Shown: in pieces, positions 1-12,005 of the stretch | Position numbering within the stretch: position 1 is the first letter of the stretch | How the letters are laid out: each line of letters starts with the position of its first letter | Assembly: GCF_018977255.1 (NCBI RefSeq) | Contig: NW_024704743.1 | Span: 96,970,001 to 97,034,000 of the forward strand | Length of the DNA stretch: 64,000 nt | Source of the DNA: Callorhinchus milii | Lineage: Eukaryota | Direction of reading: 5' to 3' | Notes under the pieces: model-generated | The model's database searches: none | Told to the model about the DNA's origin: nothing | The model's input: only the letters and a program-made list of their open reading frames with translations | Translations under genes and position numbers: made by a program

Positions 1-242
1 AACTCGGATTTTGTGTAAGTCATATTAAATGTTATGGGCCAAATGGATACGACTTGTGAGTTTTACTGTACTTTCAGATCTGCAATAAAATGGCTTTTTG
101 TGAGCATTTTCTATATTTTGTGGTCTATATGGCTTTACAAACATCCGGCACTTTATCTACTGCCTCCCCAGTTTAAGGTTATTTTACTTATCCATTGGGA
201 CCATACCATTTAATATCATTTACACAAAGTCCGAGTTGCAGG
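1..242. mobile_element. MITE-like non-autonomous DNA transposon with ~49-bp terminal inverted repeats; left end probably cut by the window edge
   Basis: 1-49 AACTCGGATTTTGTGTAAGTCATATTAAATGTTATGGGCCAAATGGATA matches the reverse complement of 189-237 with about 6 mismatches. The right side continues GCAGG then TA, a possible TA target duplication. Confidence 0.6.
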
Positions 243-244
243 TA

Positions 245-523
245 CAGATTTAAAATAGCTGCCAAAAGAACCAGAGGGGAGGTGAAGAGAATTTCTTTTC
301 ACACAACGAGTTGTTCGGATCTGGAATGCATTGCCTGAAAGGGTAGTGGAAGCTGATTCGATAACAACTTTCAAGAGAAAAGTTGATAGATATTTGGAGA
401 GGACAGGTTTGTAGGGCTATGGGAGAGCGCGGGGGAATGGGATAATTAGGATAGCTTTTTCAAAGAGCTGGCACAGACACGATAAGCCGAATGGCCTCCT
501 GTGCTGTACTATTCTTTATTCTT
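245..523 (+). mobile_element. CR1 LINE 3' end
   Basis: CR1-like ORF2 end (FTQRVVRIWNALPERVVEADSITTFKRKVDRYL) and 3' tail GCCGAATGGCCTCCTGTGCTGT followed by ATTCT repeats. Confidence 0.8.
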
Positions 524-642
524 TTCTTCTCCCTTCTCTACCTCCCCTTCCCGCGACCCCCCAACACACACACAAATATGTTCACGTTTATGTTAGTGCA
601 CACTGAGTTGGTAAAGGATTAATCAAGAGAGAGCATACGTTT

Positions 643-958
643 AATAAAAATAATAATCCTTGCATTTGATATAGCGCTTTTCACGTCTTCTAGACGTCCC
701 AAAGCGCTTCACAGAATATACTGTAAAGTGAATTGACTGTATATTTGTGGGCGAACGCAGCAGCCAATTGCGCACAGCAATGTCCCACAAACAGTCATGG
801 ATTGAAACTGACCAATGTATTATTGTTTTGTTTTTTTGGAGGGATTATTATTAGGCGTGTGGAGTACGGAAACTTGCCCAAGGTTTCGCCCTGCCTGGAA
901 TTGAACTCAGGTCTCTCACTTGCAAAGCGAGTGCTCTAACCACTGAGCTACAGGACTC
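643..958 (-). mobile_element. tRNA-headed SINE, short form, full length
   Basis: Reverse complement has A box TAGCTCAGTGG, B box GAGTTCAATTCC, Deu-like body TGTTTGTGGGACATTGCTGTGCGCAATTGGCTGC, an L2-like tail and (TAT)n. Many near-identical copies occur in the window. Confidence 0.9.
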
Positions 959-1107
959 TTGTATCTTGTAACCTCCAACATGCTATTCCGTGGAATCCTG
1001 TAGCTCAGTGGTTGTGCCATGACAGCTGCATGCCCTTCACTAAGATGTTAAGGGTAGCTTTATAATCTAATTTGTTAATTTGTTCACCATTGCCATTTTC
1101 GGGACAG

Positions 1108-1255
1108 ATGACTGTGGACACCCCTATTCAAGATAAGCCAAAGAAAACGGATGATTTTGTTATTGAAAAACCAACTATCAATACTGATGATGATACTGAG
1201 GTCTCGGCAGAAAAACATTCAGAAAGCCTTTTCCAGAGAACAGAAGTTCTTGCAG
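1108..1255 (+). CDS. SDC2: Syndecan-2, penultimate coding exon (juxtamembrane ectodomain)
   Basis: CAG acceptor at 1105-1107 and GTAAA donor at 1256. Encodes ...EKHSESLFQRTEVLA, similar to human EKHSDSLFKRTEVLA. Its phase-1 end joins the next exon in frame. Confidence 0.93.
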
Positions 1256-2649
1256 GTAAATTAGATTTCTACCTTGTGTCATCCTTTCACGATTGAATAT
1301 TAAAACTACAAAAATACGGCTATTAAAGGTGATTACTAAATGAGTGAAGAATCAATCGTACGTTTAGACCACATTTTATTACAGTTTAGTTGATCAATCC
1401 TGAAAAGCAGTTTGAGCGCACCTAACTTAGTGTGTTCACGCATTGCAAGAGAACTTTTAGGGAGGGTTGTGAAAATGCAAGCAGCTCATTATGGACTCTG
1501 ATGGACTATCCAGGCTTCTGGTATGTTGACCTTTATGAACATGCTATAAGTATAGCAAAATTTAAAATGGGTCATGATCATCCATTAGCTTCTGTTTCAA
1601 AGTCCTTTAGCATTTTTATGTTGGCATATCCTCCATAGTGTTGCGATGAATGCTCTTAAGAATTTCAAGTATAATGATATTGTATTATGTAGTGGTTATG
1701 TGCATTTATGTTGCTGAGCAGTGCACAAAGAAAATAATCACTGGCATTAGCATATGAATGGGTCCATTCCAATTTTGATTTCAAGTGTAATCTTTGAATT
1801 TGATTGTGTTTGTTTAAATGCTGAGAAGTCATCAATACAAGCTTAAATAAAAATATTTCCAAGACTGCTTCAAATTTCACTTAATACTTCATTTTAACAA
1901 ACAGAAGTGCTCGTAATGTTTCCATTCAAGGTTTTGGTATTGTCAGTTTTGTGTAGTCTCTTTTTGTTCCTCAGAGAACTAAGCTGCTGTTACGAAGACA
2001 ACCTTGGTTTGGACACTAGCTAAGAATTTCTGATTGGAAACTGGTCATAAGGATTAGAATACTATCGTGCATTTGTTTAGCTTGTACATTATACCTAGAG
2101 TTCAACAGGAGAAAGGTGCACGTCCACTTAGCAAGTGCTGGTGTGTTTAAATAGTACCTTACATGTTGGGAAGCACATTTTACAGAGATGAGGCCAGAAA
2201 CCGAGCAAACAGGAGAGGGTGGTAATTGTAGGCATGGTCGAAAGAGTTGTTTTCTTTTAGGATGCTTTTAAAGACTGAGCAGGGGGTGAGATGGAAAGAT
2301 TTAGGCAGGGAGTTCCAGAGAGGAGGTTATAATCGCTGCAGACTCAGTAGCTATGGTGGGATGGAAGGGCAAGTCACGCACAGTTGGCCTGAGTTTACCA
2401 AGTAGAAGGGGCAAACAGGAGAGTAAGGCTGGAGAAGATTAGCGAAGGTAGAGACAGCAAAGATGTGCAGGGGTTTATTGTTAAGAGTGATGATCTTGAA
2501 GACCATCTGGTGGTAACCAAGTGCTGTATAATGCAAGTTGTTGCTTCTTCCTCAAGGTACTGTGTGTGTGTGTGTGTGTATAATTTGATAGTATACAATT
2601 GCTTGTTTCTGCAAGCTATTTTCTCACTGGTTTAATATCTGTCTTGCAG

Positions 2650-2813
2650 CTGTTATTGCTGGAGGAGTCATTGGCTTCTTATTTGCCATTTTCCTCATCT
2701 TGCTCTTGGTGTACCGCATGAGGAAGAAGGACGAAGGCAGCTATGACCTCGGTGAACGTAAACCATCCACCGCGGCCTATCAAAAGGCACCCACCAAGGA
2801 GTTTTATGCATAA
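2650..2813 (+). CDS. SDC2: Syndecan-2, last coding exon (transmembrane + cytoplasmic C1/V/C2, EFYA PDZ-binding motif)
   Basis: TTGCAG acceptor. Translates (A)[53 protein letters not shown], with TAA at 2811-2813. The V region is SDC2-type. Missed by the ORF track. Confidence 0.98.
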
Positions 2814-4500
2814 ACCTTAAGAGTATCTCGATTTGCGAGATCACTGAACTATATTAATTAAAGCTTTTGCATAGAGATAATGAAGACCTTTTCTTAATGA
2901 AAAGCCACAAAGGCTCTCTTGTAACGAACCCTGTTGTATTTAAAACATTTTCCTGTATTCTTTTTAAAGAAAAAATGCCATTTGACTTAGTCTTAATGCT
3001 TTAAGATTGTGACTGTGAACAGCAATGGCTTAGTATCTATCGTTCACTGAAATTTGCGGAAGAAAAAAATACATTTTAACTACATCTGCAGAGCGAATGG
3101 AAGTATGAGAGATACTTGTTCTGCATCCTTCAATTTTCTATGAGAGTTCTATAATTTAGTCATAACACACATGAAAATTGATCTTACAAGTTAAAAATGT
3201 TCATTAATTTATCTTTTCAGATATGTTAAAATGCCTTTCTATAGTTTTCATGGTGCAATTTGTCTTCAAATAATTCAGATATGTGTAAATGTAATTTCTG
3301 CTATGGGAGCTATGTAAACATTGACCTCTACTTTGTATAAAACAGTAGTGTCACAATGTTTATTTTACACTGTGCTTGATTTCTTTAAGCATCTCTCAGA
3401 TGAGTGAGTTCCTGCAAAAGAAGTACCAAATTTATTTTTGGTTACATTATTTAGTTTACTACCCATGTGTATTCCCAGATCTCCTGTACATAAGATCTGA
3501 TATAAAGAATAATTGACCAGAGCAGACCCAAAGACTTAGTGGCTTAAGCTGCAGTAGGTTTATATAGCCACAGATGTATGTTAAACTCAAGTCAGTTTAT
3601 GTAGCTACAGATGTATGTTAATTTTATTTCTTTTATTTTTTTCTTAATTTGGTAGGAAAATGAAGATTTTTTTGAGACCAGAAATTCTAAAATGTACAGG
3701 TACAGGTTTTTACAAACTTATTAAGTGCCTACATTGATTTTCTGGTTCTTTTTAATACTGTCTTGCAGACATTTTTGAGGTTGACGTCAGCAAATGTATG
3801 GTATTTTGTAAGCTCAATTAATTTAATTGCTATGGTTTTTACAGTTTAATAGACTCATTTTAATTTGGAATATGGGGAATATAAACTACTGAATAAATTA
3901 CGTGGCCCACTAATGAATTAACATTGCTTTGGTTCATTTGTCTTTTAGGAAACCATATACGTTGCCGGCCTTTATTGGTGTGAATGCATGATTCATTAAC
4001 CTCAGGTTATTCCCCTATAGACTTGTCGGGGACCAAATAAAACGTTAATGAGGCTCATCACTGCATTTTTACGTTCAATTGAAATGAGAAAATGCTAATT
4101 TGTTTCCATTTTAGTTAATGGTTAAGGACTGTCTCAAACCACCGAACATCTCAAGTGATGTTTCCTTTTTGTAAATAAATGAAATTTGAGCACTAAGGGA
4201 ACAGCAGTTAATATTGAAATAGAAAAGAAAGATAACTTGTAATTTTCTCAAGAATTCTAGCAAATCTTTTTAGGTAATATGTGGGCAAGCAGATAATTGT
4301 AAGAATACATACATGGATGTGTTTCTTTTTTTTAAAAGCACGCATAATGACAATGCCTACAATTGTATTTTTATAGGTATATTTTTTTTCTTCTCTATCT
4401 CCAAAAATACTGATGAAAATGTTGCTGATCTGCAACTTTCTTGCAGCGAGAATATCAGTAATTCACATGCCCAGGAGCCTTCAAATAAAATCTTGAAATA
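2814..4500 (+). other. SDC2: SDC2 3' UTR (end uncertain)
   Basis: AT-rich and free of recognisable repeats after the stop codon. AATAAA at 3892, 4036, 4174 and 4484. Confidence 0.6.
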
Positions 4501-5606
4501 TGTATATTTCTGATTTTTAACAGGATACCTCAATCCAAGCGTTAATGTTTTTATTAAATCACTTTCCCGACCCATTCCTGTTTGATTTTCCTCAACCTGA
4601 GAGTAGTCATCAGTTAACTGTTCAGAATTTGTGGGTTGCAACTTTTTCCCTTTCCAGGATTGCTCGGTAAATTGACTACATTATGTGCCAATGCGTATTT
4701 ATAATGGATTTAAGAGATTTACACAATTAAAATACTTGGAGACTCATCATATTGCTCCCAGAGCAAGGTAATTATTTGAGTTCCTAAATGAGCAACTGCA
4801 CCTTGCCTACACAGTGAAAATGAGGGACACCATTGGTGTTGATTGTTGTCTTCACAGAATAGTGAAATGAGTGTCCAAGGCTCCATACACAGGAGTTAAT
4901 GGATCTGCCATACCATTCTGGGCGGGGGAAATGTTTGTAATAATAATGGAGCAAGTGTTGCTTGTCATAATAACCCATCAATTCTCTTTCATGTCATAGT
5001 TATTTCAAGAGCATTATTGGGAAAGTTGAATGGGCAACTTTTCCCCAAATCTAGGAGTATGGTTTGACATGGGGAGACTTGGAAGAGTAAAGTTAAACAG
5101 AGAAGCCTGGGTGGGGGTGAGAAACTTGGATAGATAAGAAGGGAATGAAATGTATTCACAAAAATATAAGTTTTGATTTTCGGTTTTGCTGTTCATTTCA
5201 GTTGATTTTGAACATTTAATCAGCATAGAAAGAATGCATAAAATATCTAGTTTAGTACATTTTGCTCCCAGTTTGAGACTTCACTCTTGTCCTCTTACCA
5301 CAATAGTTTGTTCAGCTGCTGTTCCTGCTATACATGGACCGTAATGTATCTAATAGTAGTTTATAAAGAACATCTGGACCTGATGGATTTTTGAAAATAC
5401 AGTATAACAAGTAAGTTGAACATAATGAACATAATATCAGAATTAGTCAGAGGCTGAAAATGATTTTCTTAGTTCCGTGTTATACTTTGGTGTATCAAGA
5501 AAGCACTGACACAGCCAACTATTTTCCTTAGTTGTTTCAGGGTAATTCAACGAGTATTCCTGTGAATAATTTCATCAAATTAAATGTGTTTCAGGGAGTG
5601 ATTTTA

Positions 5607-5905
5607 CATAGAAATAGGAGTAGGCCATTCGGCCCCTCGAGTCTGTTCAATAAGATCCTAGCTGATCTGTACCTCAAGTCCAATTAGCCGCCCTTGCCTC
5701 GTATCTCTTAACACCCTGACCTAACAAATAACTATCCACCTCAGTCTTGAAGATGTGAAGGGATTAGGGTTACCCTTGTTCTGGATTCCCCTACCAGAGG
5801 AAATAGTTTTATCTGTATCTACCCTATCAAATCCTTTTATTATTTTAAAAATCTCAATCTTTTAAACTGAAGGGAATTCAGACCAAATTTATGCAACCTG
5901 TCCTC
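5607..5905 (-). mobile_element. Decayed CR1 3' fragment
   Basis: CATAGAAATAGGAGTAGGCCATTCGGCCC is the reverse complement of the CR1 tail. Confidence 0.65.
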
Positions 5906-5970
5906 ATCATTTTCACCTACAAAATACAGTGAAAGTCCTATGAAGTGCTTTTGAGACATTTGGAGTACAT

Positions 5971-7758
5971 GATAACATCTGCCTGGCCTCCGCCTCCTGC
6001 CCCATGTCCCTTACCATCCCCAACTACCACTTCTGGTACACATGATAAATCAGTCCCTCTCCTCAGGTTCAGTCCCACTCCCATTCAAAACAGCTGTCAT
6101 CACTCCCCTCCTCAAAAACCTCCTCTCAATCCCTTCAACCTTGCACACTACTGTCCCATATCAAACCTGCCCTTCCTTGCCAAAGCCTTGGTTGTTGGGA
6201 ACCAATTTCCCTCATACCTTGCTCTCCAATCCCTAGTCCAGTCTGGTTTTTGGCCAGCCAACATCGCAGAGACAGCACTTGTTGAAGTAACAAATGACAT
6301 CCTCTCTGACCAAGGCCCCCTCTACCTCCTTGTCATGGACCTCCACTGCATTTGACTCAGTCGATCGCACCATCCTCCTCCACCGCCTCTCCAGCTTGGT
6401 GAGACCACAATTGCATGGTTCGAGTCCTACTTAACCAACTGCCAACATTACCTTTCGCAAATGACCAGTCACCTGCGGGTTAACCCAGGGCTCCATCCTT
6501 GGCCCCCTTCGTTTCCTCATCTACATGCTCCCTCTCGGGGGTGTCATCCACAGACATGGGGTCAACTTCCACATGTATGCAGATAGCACACAAATCTACT
6601 TCAGCTGCGACTCCCAGTCTGCTGATGGCCTGTCAGTTTGTTTGATGGACATCAGGGCCTGGATGAGCGTACATTTCCTGCAGCTGAATCTCAGCAAGAT
6701 GGAAGCCATACTTGTTGGCTCCTGTCAACGTCTTCTCTCCTGCGGGTCTGAACTGCTCAATCTCCCCGGGCTCTCCCTCAGACTCTCCAAACCCGTGCGC
6801 AACGTATGTGTTTCTACCAGCTTTCCTTTCTACCGCACATCCGTTCCCTGACCAGGACCGCTTCTTTCCACCTCTGCCACATTGCCTGCCTCTGTCCATA
6901 CCACACATTCGACGCAGCTGAAACACTTGTCCACACCTTCGTCACTTCCTCGCTGGTCTCCCCAGCTCCACCATACACAAAATTCAATTAATTCAAAACT
7001 CTGCGAGATACTTGCACAAAACTACATATCCCCATCACACCAGTCCTTACCAGGCTCCAATGGCTTCCAATCACCGAACGAATCGATTTCAAGATCCTGT
7101 CACTCGTTTTCAAATCACTTAATACCCTACCTCCCTACCTATCTGACCTGCTTACCCCTCACTCCACCACTTGCTGCCTCCAGCCTTCTATTTGCTGCCT
7201 CCAGCCTTCAGCCACTGAGTCGACTGGAGTCGACTGGAGTCCTGTAGCTCAGTGGTTAGAGCACTCGCTTTGCAAGCGAGAGACCTGAGTTCAATTCCAG
7301 GCAGGGAAAAACCTTGGGCTAGTTTCCTTACTCCACACGCCTAATAATAATCCCTCCAAAATCAAAAACAATAATAAATTGGTCATTTTCAATCTACGAC
7401 TGTTTGTGGGACATTGCTGTGCGCAATTGGCTGCCGCGTTCGCCCACAAATATACAGTCAATTCACTTTACAGTGTGTTCTGTGAAGCACTTTGGGACGT
7501 CCTCCCGACGTGAAAAGCGCTATATCGAATGCAAGGATTATTATTATTATTATTATTACTACTCCCTGAAATTCTCCCTCAATCCCTCCACCTTGCCCCC
7601 TCCATCCCCACCTTCAAATCCTGCCTAAAGACCTTCCTTTTTGATCATGCTTACAATCACCTCCGCTCCCCCTGGCTCCTTGTCAGATTCTGCCACTGTG
7701 AAGCACTCCTGGACACTCCCCCACATGAAGGGCTCTATATAAATGCAAGTTGTTATTG
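5971..7758 (+). mobile_element. L2 LINE, degenerate RT through 3' end, interrupted by a SINE
   Basis: Frameshifted RT motifs ([49 protein letters not shown]). 3' tail GGGCTCTATATAAATGCAAGTTGTT. Confidence 0.88.
7237..7560 (+). mobile_element. tRNA-headed SINE, short form, full length, nested in L2
   Basis: GAGTCCTGTAGCTCAGTGGTTAGAGC head with TGC anticodon-like loop, Deu-like body and (TAT)n tail. Confidence 0.92.
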
Positions 7759-8254
7759 ATAAAGCACCAAATCAAATACAAGGATTATTATTTTTACAAT
7801 AACCAGCAGTTTTCAACATAAATTTTTTTTTAAGATTTCATCTTGCGGGCGTGACTTGGTTTTGTGGTTTTAAGTGCCACCTGAGAATCAATTCATAACG
7901 GTCCTTGACATGAAAGCATTAAACTGCACAGTTTGTTTGTGACCTGCAAGGCAAAGCTTGCTCTTTGAAATATTCAAGTCTCATAATTCTAGTGTAAGGG
8001 TTACGCAGTATTTGTTGAAATCTGTCATTATGGTGTGGTGGAATCTACAAGAACTGCAGAATATCTGCCTTTTTGGACAATAGATGAGTATTGTTGATAT
8101 TCTGTAATAGAATACTGTAGAACCAAAGCAAGGACAAGGATTTGAGAGTCGCCAAAGGCAGCATTCGGCTCTTGTTATTTCTTAATTTTTAAAAGAAAAT
8201 GCAGGATGGAAATTGTTGATACAGCAGTTGTATGTGACGCAGTAGTTTTGCGTG

Positions 8255-8627
8255 ATACTCGTCTGGAGACCAAAAACAACTCCAAAATCCTATTCTTCAC
8301 CACCCACCGCCTCCTCCGCATGCCCCGTCAAGCACCCTCAACCTGATGTCAAGTGCGAAGATTTCTTGGATTTCTTTATTTCCAGGAGAGATAACATCCG
8401 CCTGGCCACCTCCTCTTCCTCCGGCCCCATGTCATCCTCACCCTCTTCCCCCCCCATTCCTTCCGCATCACTCATTCCTCCTACCATGGGCCCCAACCTA
8501 CACTCCTTTGCCCTTCCTTTCTCTCTCATCTTCCATCACCCAGATGAAACCCACCACCTGCTGCTTCCACGACCTCCCCACTCAGCTGCAGGTCGCTCAA
8601 CTCCCACTCCGCTGCTGGTCGACATGA
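8255..8627 (+). mobile_element. L2 ORF2 internal fragment
   Basis: KCEDFLDFFISRRDNIR and MKPTTCC match the L2 copy at 23150-23450. Confidence 0.75.
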
Positions 8628-8940
8628 TAATTCATGATAAATTGAGAAGGGAAAAGTTGGACTCCGAAAAAAGTTTAATTCAGTAAAAATAGATTTCATT
8701 TGGAACATTGGGAAGAGGCCTTCCCCATACACGTGTTGCTCGTGTAGTTGGGTAACAGTACAACATTGTTTGACAGCACAACTTTAAACTCTTTCTTCAT
8801 TCTCAGAATGTTAACACTAAATGTGAGGAATTCTGACAAGTACCTCAGTGGAACACCAAGAAAATGTCTTGAATGTTTCATACGTCCAGCTGAGGTCATC
8901 TTGCCCAATACCAGGGTTCAGAGGTCACCTAAGGACACAT

Positions 8941-9306
8941 AATATAATAACCCTTGCATTTGATATAGCGCTTTTCACGTCTTCTAAACATTTCAAAACG
9001 CTTCACAGAATATACTGTAAAGTGAATTGACTGTATATTTGTGGACGAAATACGGCAGCCAATTGCGCACAGCAGTGTCTCACAAACAGTCGTGGATTGA
9101 AGTGACCAAATTATTATTGTTTTTTTTAGGGATTAGTATCCCCGGAAAACTGATCCGCCAATCGACTGACACCCTGGATCCTACGTACTGCTAGGTAAAC
9201 AGAAGCGTGTGGAGTAAGGAAACTTGCCCAACATTTCGCCCTGCCGATAATAGAACCTAGCTCTCGCTTGCCAGGCGAGTGCTCTAACCACTGAGCTACA
9301 GTACTC
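8941..9306 (-). mobile_element. tRNA-headed SINE, long form with ~70-nt extra central module
   Basis: Same head and tail as the short form, plus extra segment 9138-9205 also seen near 53120-53185. Confidence 0.88.
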
Positions 9307-9701
9307 CACAGTTGTGGGCCAAAAAAGGATAGTTCAGGTTTTTCAAAGTATTTTTTGTACAGATTGACTTTCAGCCAAAAATTTTACTCATGGTAAAAAT
9401 CTATTTATGGTGAAAACCCAGAAAAGACCGATTCAAAAGCTTCATAAGTACATCGTCTCTTTGTAATTCCAAATTTACTAAGCTGGTGTACCATGTCTAA
9501 TGCATCGTAAAGGTGGGCAATATCCAGCTGATATTGGATACTCCTTTGAGTAGTATTTATTATACTGTGATATTGGCAGATAACACTGAGACCCCATTAA
9601 GATGTTAATGCTTTAAGCTCACATTACCAGGCTGTAAATTTACCCACTTTCAGAGAAAGTCTCTATCTGAACAATAGCTGTCTTCTGCTTAACTGCGTCT
9701 G

Positions 9702-10023
9702 TGTGCCTTTGTTCCTTCGTTCCTCCGGGTCTGGCCTCCTCCTGACTTCATTCCTACGGGTCTGGCCTCCTCCTTGTCCCCCGTGTCCTCCACTCCACCC
9801 TTGGCAGCTGTGCCTTCAGCCAATATGCCCTAAGGCTCTGGAACTCCCTTCGCCTCGCCCCCTCGCTTCCTATTTTCAGGTCTCTGCTGAAGACCTTTCT
9901 TTTCGACCGCGCCTTTGGTCACCTTCCTCCCCCTCTCCCTGGCTCAGCCCCGGGATCCATTACTGTAAAGCGCTCTGATGCCCTTCGGCGTGGAGGGCGC
10001 TATATAAATCCAAGTTGTGGTTG
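9702..10023 (+). mobile_element. L2 3' end
   Basis: Highly similar to 24240-24540. Tail GAGGGCGCTATATAAATCCAAGTTG. Confidence 0.85.
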
Positions 10024-12005
10024 TGTGCCAGTAGTCTATTAAAACTGCAATAGATTATCTTCTTGCTCCTTGCAATAGTAAAAGTATTTATGATTACACA
10101 TTAAAAGAAAACCTACTTATTCCTATTTGAACCTTCTATTGTATTATCCTTATCTCTGCCCTAAACAATATCTCCCATTTGCCTTTTGATAACCAATAAC
10201 TGTTTCTTCATCTCATTTAACACTTCCAAAGTTAATGAAATTCAATCCCATTTACTTTTCATCTTTTGTATGAGATTCCAGGCATTGTGACATTAAATGA
10301 ATCAGAGAATTGCTTAATCGGTTGTCTTCTGGGGATTGTCACATCATTTCCTGGATTTCTGACAAACGTTTAAGGTGCCTGCAACAATGTTTAGAAAGAT
10401 TGGACCATTGTTGCTTTGTTGGTATTTAGCATTCATTGTATAAGTAAAAGGTGAATATCCATTTCTGTGGCGTGCTCCAGACTTGACTGGTGTAGTGCTT
10501 CAGCTTTTAATTTCTTTTTAACAGCTGATGGGAATAAACCACCTGTGCATTAATCGCCTTTTATTTGAAAAAAACCCCAGATAAATATTTGAATACAATT
10601 TACTGGTAATGCTTGAATGGCTTCCGTATGTGGATGAAACATTTAAATTTTAAAAAAACTTTTAAAACAAATTTTCCCCCCTGCCCTTCCCCTCCCTTAG
10701 AACTCCGCCTTGCTTGAAGGGTGCAATATAAATGCATGTTCTTGTTAAAAATGTGTGTAAAATGATGAGTGCTAATCCATTTTTATCTTATTTATTATAG
10801 TTTTTTTTAAAAAAATAAGTGATTTATTATAACATCCTGTAAATACTTGTACTGAAAAATACCCCAACGTTTCAATGTCCTGCGATTATCAGCAAAACGT
10901 TTCTTCTGAAAATAATGTTAATGCATATGAGAGGGGAAAATTAATGGTGCACAAGGTCAAGTCAGAGTGTAATCAATCTTAAACGGGAGTCTTTTTTCTG
11001 TTGAAATGCCAAAATTCAGCACCAGAATTAATTCATAATTGTTTTGGGAAAATTATCTCTAGATTCCATAAAAATTACAGGCACCAAAACAGGCCATTTG
11101 GCCCAACTAGTCCCTGCCGGTTTTTATGCTCCACATGAGCCTCCAGTCATCCTAATGCCATCTTCCTCTCCACATCTCATACCCTTCTATTCCCTTCTCC
11201 CTCACATATGCCAGATGTAGACGGTGATCTTTAAACCACTGATATTTATATTGTTTATATTTGCTTTTGATGATGGACACAGATTTTAACACAGTTGCTA
11301 TAATCTATTTGATTCACAGTCAACATGTTTTATTGCCATGGTTTTCCTGCTTTACCACTGCACTACAAAAAGGATTCATTAGCATTTAAACCTCAATCCT
11401 GTGCTGAGCTTACTACATAAGTAAGGTATTTACAATTTGGCCATGAGCTACCTCTTAAAACTTAATTACATCTGAGTAGTTTTTCTTCATGTCCCAAATG
11501 CCGTGATGTAAGCAATGTGTTTGCATGTTGCCACTCCCAAAACTGCAAGATCATTAGCTATGCAAATCTCTGTTAGCGGGAGAGGATTAGTTAGCCTGTT
11601 GCTAATCGTATTTTGACACAAAAGCTATTTAACTTCCACTGAACTGTTCACTTCCTTGAAAGAGATGAAGCTTAAGTGAGCTTTATGCTTGAGGCTACAA
11701 GACTAGAAGCATTTATTTCTACATGACTGGGCTCATTTCCAGTCATTATTTTGCAAGTTTCTTTCACAAATTTCCAGGAAATTTAGACATTATTTGTTGT
11801 GGGTCCTTCAAAGAGTTGTTGTAGTTTGGCATGAGTGACACACAGCGTTAGGAGCTATAGTTAAAATGAGCTTTGCATTTTGACTAAATTTATTCACACA
11901 AGGTTGCAAAAGTCTCTTCTTTTAATTAACTTTACCTTCCAATTGTTTTAATTCTCAGCAATAAAGCTTCTCTATGTTCTTCTGACAGCCATTGACGAGC
12001 GAAGA

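Noticed and set aside
7237..7310. tRNA-Ala(TGC)-like sequence
   Set aside because: It is a SINE head: no proper acceptor stem, and it runs straight into the SINE body in many copies.
7404..7628. Recurring ORF MWDIAVRNWLPRSPTNIQSIHF...YYYY (also 12358, 50526 and others) resembling a small gene family
   Set aside because: It is the translation of the SINE body and (TAT)n tail, not a gene.
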